Part shown: in pieces, positions 57,870 to 64,000 of the stretch
Layout of the letters: each line of letters starts with the position of its first letter
How positions within the stretch are numbered: position 1 is the first letter of the stretch
Assembly (NCBI GenBank): GCA_041577295.1
Contig: JBFGJG010000021.1
Location: 1-64,000 of the forward strand
Direction: 5' to 3'
DNA from: Gemmatimonadales bacterium
GTDB lineage: Bacteria > Gemmatimonadota > Gemmatimonadetes > Gemmatimonadales > GWC2-71-9
Length of the DNA stretch: 64,000 bases
Notes under the pieces: model-generated
What the model was told of the DNA's origin: nothing
Seen by the model: only the letters and a program-made list of their open reading frames with translations
Database searches by the model: none
Translations under genes and position numbers: made by a program

Positions 57870-57985
57870 CAGCGCTTCGATTTGCGAAGGAGCGCGGCGA
57901 GCATAATGGCCGCGCCGACGATCCCCGCCGGCAAAACAAACATGGTGAGATAGAATCCGGTCATCAGTTGTCGAGTGGCAGTCAT
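57869..57985 (-). CDS. Small single-TM protein coupled to putP
   Basis: MTATRQLMTGFYLTMFVLPAGIVGAAIMLAALLRKSKR. Its TGA overlaps the putP ATG. Confidence 0.55.
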   Translation of the reverse strand: MTATRQLMTGFYLTMFVLPAGIVGAAIMLAALLRKSKR

Positions 57986-58122
57986 CGGGTAATAGAGTGA
58001 TGCGCGACCACTAGCCCCGCGCGGCGTGGGGCATAAGATTCCCTCGCGCTCCTCGAGACGCAAACCACCAACGTAGGATCCTTCACCACCCGCCACCGAG
58101 CGCCGACCCGCAAAGAGCCATT

Positions 58123-59109
58123 ATGCCAATCCGGGTTCTCACCGCCGCCGATGTCCACGCTGCGCTCCCAATGCCCCGCGCGATCAGCGCCATGCGGGAG
58201 GCATTCGCACAGCTCGCTGACGGTCGCGCGAACATACCGGCTCGGATCGCCCTGCCCGTCCCGCATGTCCATGGCATGCTGCTGGTCATGCCGGGACGCT
58301 CCGATCTTCCCCACCGGCTCGGCGGGAAGCTCGTTTCCGTCTTTCCGGAGAACACGGAAAAGGGGTTACCGCTCATCCATGCCTGCATGATGCTGTTGGA
58401 TCCGCAGACTGGTGCTCCCAAAGCGCTCCTCGAGGGAACTACACTCACCGCAATTCGCACCGGTGCCGCGAGTGGGCTGGCGACCGACCTGTTGGCGCGG
58501 CCGGAGGCGAGTGTGGTCGCGATCATCGGTGCGGGAGTGCAGGCGCGCACTCAACTGGAGGCAGTCTGCTCCGTTCGAGACATCACGCAAGCGCGCGTCT
58601 TCAGCCGCACAGAACAAAGCGCTCGCGCCTTCGCGACCGAGATGTCCGGACGAGGTCCCATCCCGTCAGATCTCCGCGTCGCGCGCTCCGTGCGAGGGGC
58701 TACTGCAGGGGCCGACATTATCTGCGTCGCGACAACGTCCTCGGTACCGGTGCTACTCCGCGAGGAGGTCCCCGAAGGCTGTCACGTCAATGCGGTTGGA
58801 TCGTTCACGCCCGAGATGCAGGAGCTCGATCCCGGACTGTTCGCCGCCGCGCGTGTGGTGGTCGATCAGAGAACCGCCACGATGGAAGAGGCAGGTGAAG
58901 TCATCGCCGCGGTGCAAAGCGGGCAGGTTCGAGAAGAAGAGCTCGTGGAGCTCGGTGCGATCGTGAATGGGACGTCGCCTGGCCGAACGGATAGTGGTGA
59001 GGTGACGGTGTTCAAGTCCGTGGGCGTCGCGATCCAGGACCTGGCCGCCGCCGATCATGCCCTGCGCTCGGCCACGCGGGAGGGGCTTGGTACGTTGGTG
59101 GATCTCTAA
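58123..59109 (+). CDS. Ornithine cyclodeaminase/mu-crystallin family protein
   Basis: K.VSVFP.N, LTAIRT.A.S, IGAGVQA, HVNAVGS, FKSVG.A.QD. Confidence 0.92.
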   Translation: MPIRVLTAADVHAALPMPRAISAMREAFAQLADGRANIPARIALPVPHVHGMLLVMPGRSDLPHRLGGKLVSVFPENTEKGLPLIHACMMLLDPQTGAPKALLEGTTLTAIRTGAASGLATDLLARPEASVVAIIGAGVQARTQLEAVCSVRDITQARVFSRTEQSARAFATEMSGRGPIPSDLRVARSVRGATAGADIICVATTSSVPVLLREEVPEGCHVNAVGSFTPEMQELDPGLFAAARVVVDQRTATMEEAGEVIAAVQSGQVREEELVELGAIVNGTSPGRTDSGEVTVFKSVGVAIQDLAAADHALRSATREGLGTLVDL

Positions 59110-59113
59110 CGAG

Positions 59114-59956
59114 TTACGTGACGGCTGCCGCCTCGAGTTCGTGGACAAACTCAGAGGCTGTCTGCTGTCGCTCGTCGGGTGATTTCGCCAGCGCCTTGTG
59201 TACGGCACGTTCCACTGGTTCGGCTAGTTCGTTACGTACGACGCGGAGTGAAGGCGGTGACTGCCGGACGTGGCGCGCCATGATAGCCTGTGCCGTGCGT
59301 CCGGTGAATGGTGGCTCGCCGATCAACATCTCGTATACCACGCACCCAAGCGAATAGATGTCACTCCGACCGTCGAGCGTTGACGCACCCGCCGCTTGCT
59401 CGGGGCTCATATATGCCGGTGTACCGACGACCAAGCCGCTCGAGGAGATTCGCTCTCCTCCGGCCTTCACGATGGCCCGGGCCACGCCAAAATCGCACAC
59501 CTTGGCACGACCTTCATCGAACATGATGTTCTCCGGCTTTACATCACGGTGCACTACGTTGTGCTCGTGGGCGTAGTCGACCGCCGCCGCGACATCGCGT
59601 GAGATATCGACGGCTTCGTCAACATCGAGCCACGTCGTCGCCTCCAGCCGGCCCCGCAGGGACGCACCCTCCGCGTATGGCATGACGTAGAAGATCAGCC
59701 GGCCGGCTTCTTCCGATTCCAGCAACGGGAGAATGTTCGGATGGTCCAACTGGGCGAGAATGTTGATTTCCCGATGAAACCGGTCAGCGACCAACGTAGC
59801 GGCGAACTCCGGGTGTAAGACTTTGATGGCCACGGGCCGTGGATGGCGGGGGGACGTGGCTTGAAACACCGTGGCCATCCCGCCATGGCCTAGTACCCGC
59901 TCCAGCTGATAACGCCCCGCGAGCGCTTTTCGGACCGTCTCGAGCTTGAGTGTCAC
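59114..59956 (-). CDS. Ser/Thr protein kinase, catalytic domain only
   Basis: GHGGMATV, HRDVKPEN, DFG, GTPAYMSPE. Confidence 0.92.
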   Translation of the reverse strand: MTLKLETVRKALAGRYQLERVLGHGGMATVFQATSPRHPRPVAIKVLHPEFAATLVADRFHREINILAQLDHPNILPLLESEEAGRLIFYVMPYAEGASLRGRLEATTWLDVDEAVDISRDVAAAVDYAHEHNVVHRDVKPENIMFDEGRAKVCDFGVARAIVKAGGERISSSGLVVGTPAYMSPEQAAGASTLDGRSDIYSLGCVVYEMLIGEPPFTGRTAQAIMARHVRQSPPSLRVVRNELAEPVERAVHKALAKSPDERQQTASEFVHELEAAAVT

Positions 59957-60100
59957 ACTCCAAGCATATCCCAGGATTCGCTGCGCGACCAGTTGGAAGC
60001 GCGCACTACTGGGATCAAGGGGGGCTGCCCTGAGGATCTACGTGAGCGTCCGCTGTTTAAGATGACACCGGAATGGCACTTACGACCGCCAACGCCTCCG

Positions 60101-60394
60101 TTTACATCGGTCGTCTGCAAGCTTCCATCGAGCGTTGGCCACGTTGCATCGGCCGGGTGCCGCGTGACCTCCGCCGTCAGCGCGCTGACAACGGGGGTTT
60201 GCAACCTCACATCTGCCTTTTGTCACGTCACATCCTCGGTGTGCAAGCCCGCATTGGCCAATTGCAAGCTGTCATCGAGCGTCCGGCACGTGACATTCGC
60301 GGTCTGCGGCGTCCCATCGATCGTCTGCAGGCCCACACCCGGCCGTTGTAGACCGACATCGCGCCGTTGGCGCGCTGCGTCCTATCGATGGGCC
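60101..60394 (+). repeat. Degenerate 21-nt tandem array (about 14 units), likely an eroded coiled-coil coding repeat
   Basis: Units such as TTTACATCGGTCGTCTGCAAG and GTCCCATCGATCGTCTGCAGG, with CATC and TGC recurring at fixed phase. Confidence 0.75.
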
Positions 60395-63201
60395 TACCCG
60401 CGGTTCATCACGAGTCGCGCCAATCGTTCCCGTGCAGCCCGCACTTGAGGCTGCAACGTCGCGTCCGCATCCCGCCACAGATCGATGAAACGCTCGTAGT
60501 ACTCGATGGCTTTGGAGCGATCCCCCCGCGCCTCGTACAGCTCTCCCAGCCGGCGTAGCGCAAAGGGATACCACCGCACCTCGTAACCAGCGGCATAGAT
60601 CGAAGGTTGGGCCAGCGCGCGCTCGTAGAGCGCGATCGCTGAATCGGGTCGTCCTGCACGGTCCATTGCGTCAGCAGCCTCGGCAAAGCCACGATTGAAG
60701 ATATGGAGCGCGCTGACATACCCAGAGCGGTTCCACTCAAGGAAAGCCGCTGCTGCGCTGTCAGGCTTCCCCTCGGCCAGGGCTATGGTTCCAGCCACGA
60801 AGTGATGATCGACGCGGAACCCACGATCGTCCGGTCCCACCTGTCTCCGCCATTCATCGAACAGCTGCCGTGCCTCCGAGACGGGGCCCAATTCCGCTGC
60901 GGCCGCGATGAGCCATGGTAGATCTTGTCGCGACGCAGGTGCGCGAATCGCCTCGCGCGCCGATGCCATCAGACGCCGCACACCGACCGAATCGCCTGCG
61001 ATGCGCAACGCGGTCTGCGCGCTAAGCGCGTCCAACCGGTCGCACCGTTCCCACTCCCGCAAACGACCGCGGTACAGGTGTTCCCAGCAACGGATCATGA
61101 CCACTTCGTCAATGTCGGTGCCACCTGACGCATCGACGGAATCCCAGAAGGCCTCGAGCGGTTCGAACGATCGCTCGGCTATCCATCGAAGGGTCTGCAT
61201 TTCGGGTAACCAGCTGTTCGTCGGCATTCGTTGCGCCATTAGGTGGAGCGTCGAGTCGGCCGCGGCAAACCGGTTTTGTGCGACCTGCGCTTCGACAGCG
61301 TTCCAGTAGCCGACGGGCGCCAGCGAGTCTGCCTCCAGACCATCGAGCGCGGCTTCCTCCGCTTCGCGCCAACGATGTACCTCGAGCAACAGGTCCGACA
61401 GCCCGATCGCGGACGTGGACACGCCGTGTTCGAGCTCGATGGCCTGCCGGAGTGCCTCCTCGGCAAGGTCGTAGTCCTGTCGGGTCTTGTGGTACATCGC
61501 CCTCACCCGTAATCGCTCGAGATCGGGCAACCGGTCGCTAGACGCAAAGGCTCGCGCAATCGCGGCGTCAGCCTCGGCATATCGGTGGTCGTTACCGTGT
61601 ACGGCCGCCAAGGCGCGCCACGCCATCGCAAAAGCAGTGTCGAGCGTGACGGCTTCTTCGAGCAAGCGAATCGCCTTGGGCCGATCGCCGTCGATCTCCG
61701 CGCGAAGGGCGGCCATGTACGACCGTAACGCCGGCAGTGAGGCGGTCGTGACCCGCGCCAACTTCGGAGTGGAGCGGACGGATCGAAGCGACTCGCCGAT
61801 GTTCCTCCGGAGTTGCTTGCCCAATTCCTCCACCGCCCCGATGAGTTCGGTGTCGTTCGGCGCGGTGACGCGCACGGTGAGCGCTTCCGATCCATCGGCG
61901 GTGGCCACCACGCGCGCCGTGATTTGATACCCGCTGCCCAGTCGGCTCACGTCACCGGTTACATACGCCTTGGCGCTCTCCCGCTCGGCCAACTCGCGTA
62001 CCTGTGCGTTGGGCAGTGGAGCACCAAGATCGAGCCCCATGCGGCGCATCCCATCCCACATCGCGCGCTGACTCATGACCTCCACCACCGGAGACTGCTG
62101 GAGCTCGACGCGGATCGCATCCGTAATTGTCGGGCCGAGCGACAAATCGCCTGTGCGATTCTCGAACTCCGCCACCAGGAGTTGATCGTGCTCGGCGAGC
62201 ACCGCCTGTCCGATCAACGTGCCAGCACGGCCCACCGACACGAAGCGCGATAGTCCGAACGCACCCAGCAGCAGGAGTACTAGGCCAAGCGCAGCCGCCG
62301 GTTTCCACCAGCGCGACTTTTCGGCGACCGCTGCCAGATCAGTGGGTATGACTCCGCTCGTGGGTGTGGTGAGCGAATCCAGCTGTGCGCGCAGCTCCTC
62401 AGCGGATTGCCACCGGTTGGCGGGATCTTTCTCGAGACACCGCATGACTACCGTTTCGAGTGCTGGCGGCACTGATTGCCGATGGTCCGAGACGGGATCG
62501 GGTTGTTCGGTGAGGTGCCGGGCGAGGATCTGCTGCGCGTTGGTCCCGGTGAAGGGCTGGCGACCGGTCAGCAGTTCATACGCGACGACACCCACGGCAT
62601 AGATGTCGGCTCGACGGTCGATACTGGGATCGCCGGACGCTTGCTCCGGCGCCATATAGGCTGGTGTGCCGAGCGCGACCCCTGCCGTCGTGAGCTGATG
62701 GCGTCCCGTAGCCTCGCTCACCGCCTTGGCTACGCCGAAGTCCGTCACCAGCGCGTGTTCGCCTGACAGTAGAATGTTCTCGGGTTTGATGTCGCGGTGC
62801 ACCACGCCATGCTGGTGGGCATGGGCCAGGGCATCGGCCACGTTCCGCAGTACATGAACCGCCTCGGCCATCGGCAGCTCGCCCTGCTTCGTGAGCCTAT
62901 CGCGCAGCGACTGCCCTTCCTCGAACGGCATGACGTAATAGAGGATGCCGTCCGCTTCACCCGAATCGTAGAGGGGCAGAATGTGCGGGTGGTGGAGCTG
63001 GGCGGCGATCTCGATCTCGCGGAGAAACCGGTCGGGTCCCAGCGTCGCGGCCAGATCTGGTCGCAACACCTTGACCGCGACTTTTCGGTGGTGTTTGAGG
63101 TCCTCGGCGAGGTAGACCGTTGCCATGCCGCCGTGGCCGAGTACTCGCTCGACGTCATAGCGCCTCGCGAGGGCTGTCTGGATGGCTTCGAATCCCGTCA
63201 C
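60394..63201 (-). CDS. Ser/Thr protein kinase with TM helix, TolB-N-like domain and TPR repeats
   Basis: HRDIKPEN, DFG, GTPAYMAPE; TM at WKPAAALGLVLLLLG; VAEFEN module, TT.SL.AL..Y and TPRs. Confidence 0.92.
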   Translation of the reverse strand: MTGFEAIQTALARRYDVERVLGHGGMATVYLAEDLKHHRKVAVKVLRPDLAATLGPDRFLREIEIAAQLHHPHILPLYDSGEADGILYYVMPFEEGQSLRDRLTKQGELPMAEAVHVLRNVADALAHAHQHGVVHRDIKPENILLSGEHALVTDFGVAKAVSEATGRHQLTTAGVALGTPAYMAPEQASGDPSIDRRADIYAVGVVAYELLTGRQPFTGTNAQQILARHLTEQPDPVSDHRQSVPPALETVVMRCLEKDPANRWQSAEELRAQLDSLTTPTSGVIPTDLAAVAEKSRWWKPAAALGLVLLLLGAFGLSRFVSVGRAGTLIGQAVLAEHDQLLVAEFENRTGDLSLGPTITDAIRVELQQSPVVEVMSQRAMWDGMRRMGLDLGAPLPNAQVRELAERESAKAYVTGDVSRLGSGYQITARVVATADGSEALTVRVTAPNDTELIGAVEELGKQLRRNIGESLRSVRSTPKLARVTTASLPALRSYMAALRAEIDGDRPKAIRLLEEAVTLDTAFAMAWRALAAVHGNDHRYAEADAAIARAFASSDRLPDLERLRVRAMYHKTRQDYDLAEEALRQAIELEHGVSTSAIGLSDLLLEVHRWREAEEAALDGLEADSLAPVGYWNAVEAQVAQNRFAAADSTLHLMAQRMPTNSWLPEMQTLRWIAERSFEPLEAFWDSVDASGGTDIDEVVMIRCWEHLYRGRLREWERCDRLDALSAQTALRIAGDSVGVRRLMASAREAIRAPASRQDLPWLIAAAAELGPVSEARQLFDEWRRQVGPDDRGFRVDHHFVAGTIALAEGKPDSAAAAFLEWNRSGYVSALHIFNRGFAEAADAMDRAGRPDSAIALYERALAQPSIYAAGYEVRWYPFALRRLGELYEARGDRSKAIEYYERFIDLWRDADATLQPQVRAARERLARLVMNRG

Positions 63202-63385
63202 GCCCGTAGCTTATCGCCAGTCGCGGTGCGCGACCAGTCAGAACGCATGTGTGTCGCAGCGCTTTGATAGCACGCATCGACACGCCAATTGCGCAATGAA
63301 AACTCGAGGCACCCCGGGGTAGCTCCACCATCGGCTCAGCGGGTGTGAATCGCGCGCTGGCGCTAATGAGGGCGATCCGGCCCGC

Positions 63386-63475
63386 CTATACCTCTTGGGA
63401 CCGGAGGGGCGATGGGGATGCTCCAGCCACCGTGAGCGTGACTGCTACCGAGAGTGGCAGACGGGGGAGGGGCAT
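63386..63475 (-). pseudogene. Signal-peptide-only ORF, probable remnant of a secreted-protein gene
   Basis: GGAGG before ATG; MPLPRLPLSVAVTLTVAGASPSPLRSQEV then TAG. Confidence 0.4.
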
Positions 63476-63614
63476 GGGGGACCTCCGGGGCGCCAGGCGG
63501 GCAGGATCAAGCTAGATAACGACTTGCGGCGTCACGACGCAGGTTGACTGCGGATTCCAATAGGACCGGCAAGCCCAGGAGATGCCACGTTCGGGGGCGG
63601 GGGCTCGATTGCTC

Positions 63615-64000
63615 TCAGCGACCGGCTCGGGGAAAGACCACCGGGCTCTCATGGCCGGATGCGCCAACGGCTGCGACACCGAAGAAGTAGTTATCAATAA
63701 TCAGCCCTGGGAACGTGTACTCTCGGACATCGCCGACCCATCGGTGATGGTCCCAGGTGGGCGAATCGGTCAGGCGCCAATACGCGCGGTATCCCGCCAC
63801 GTTCGTCGAGTCTTCTGGAGCACTCCAATGAAGCGTCGCCTCCGGCTGTACCGCCCCGGTGATGCGTACGTCACGCGGCGGAGCGGGCGCCCACGCCAAC
63901 GACGCCAACGTGGCCGCGTTTAGCGCCGTGAGCTTCGCGGCGTAGCGAAAGTCCACGCCCTCGATCACATCCCCGTAAGCGACTCCGTTCTCGACGCGGA
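63615..64000 (-). CDS. M28-family peptidase C-terminus with FN3-like domain (5' part outside window)
   Basis: RVENG..YGD....VDF.Y...LT.LN, then L.W..P, GY..YWR.T..P.W, DNYFFGV.AV. Confidence 0.75.
   Translation of the reverse strand, partial: RVENGVAYGDVIEGVDFRYAAKLTALNAATLASLAWAPAPPRDVRITGAVQPEATLHWSAPEDSTNVAGYRAYWRLTDSPTWDHHRWVGDVREYTFPGLIIDNYFFGVAAVGASGHESPVVFPRAGR

Noticed and set aside
60101..60394. CRISPR array or lanthipeptide precursor reading of the 21-nt repeats
   Set aside because: There are no identical repeats with unique spacers and no cas genes. The flanking kinases lack lyase/cyclase domains and no RiPP machinery is present.
63405..63450. GGCGATGG... resembling a fluoride riboswitch
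   Set aside because: The pseudoknot partner and downstream consensus do not match, and no fluoride-related gene follows on that strand.

Overview
GC-rich bacterial chromosomal window, densely coding (about 58 CDS). No rRNA, tRNA, CRISPR array, transposase or prophage was recognised. Four Hanks-type Ser/Thr kinases, many secreted hydrolases and a Bacteroidota-like sdhCAB/GDH suggest Gemmatimonadota (inference). Housekeeping genes include hutF, threonine ammonia-lyase, panC with a PanG-like gene, mscL, glutamate dehydrogenase, cyclophilin, pilT, mgtE, hslR, sdhCAB, a two-component pair, putP and an ornithine cyclodeaminase-family gene. The first standout locus (5.8-9.2 kb) is a translationally coupled three-gene operon behind a sigma54-type promoter with five blue-copper domains: a lipoprotein of three Ig-cupredoxin repeats, a predicted outer-membrane beta-barrel fused to an amicyanin-like domain, and an amicyanin-like lipoprotein. 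It is a candidate haem-free porin-cupredoxin conduit. The second (21-30 kb) is a coupled cluster of three amide-bond ligases, a PuuD-like hydrolase, an esterase, a cupin and two Na+ symporters, next to IPNS-like, penicillin-acylase-like and MBL-fold genes. Smaller signals are a decaying 21-nt heptad array, dispersed 7-nt repeats, apparently leaderless genes, an OmpR-type operator, a probable CTG start, a tandem Sm-like gene coupled to pilT, and small unannotated ORFs. All family calls come from motif recognition, not database searches.
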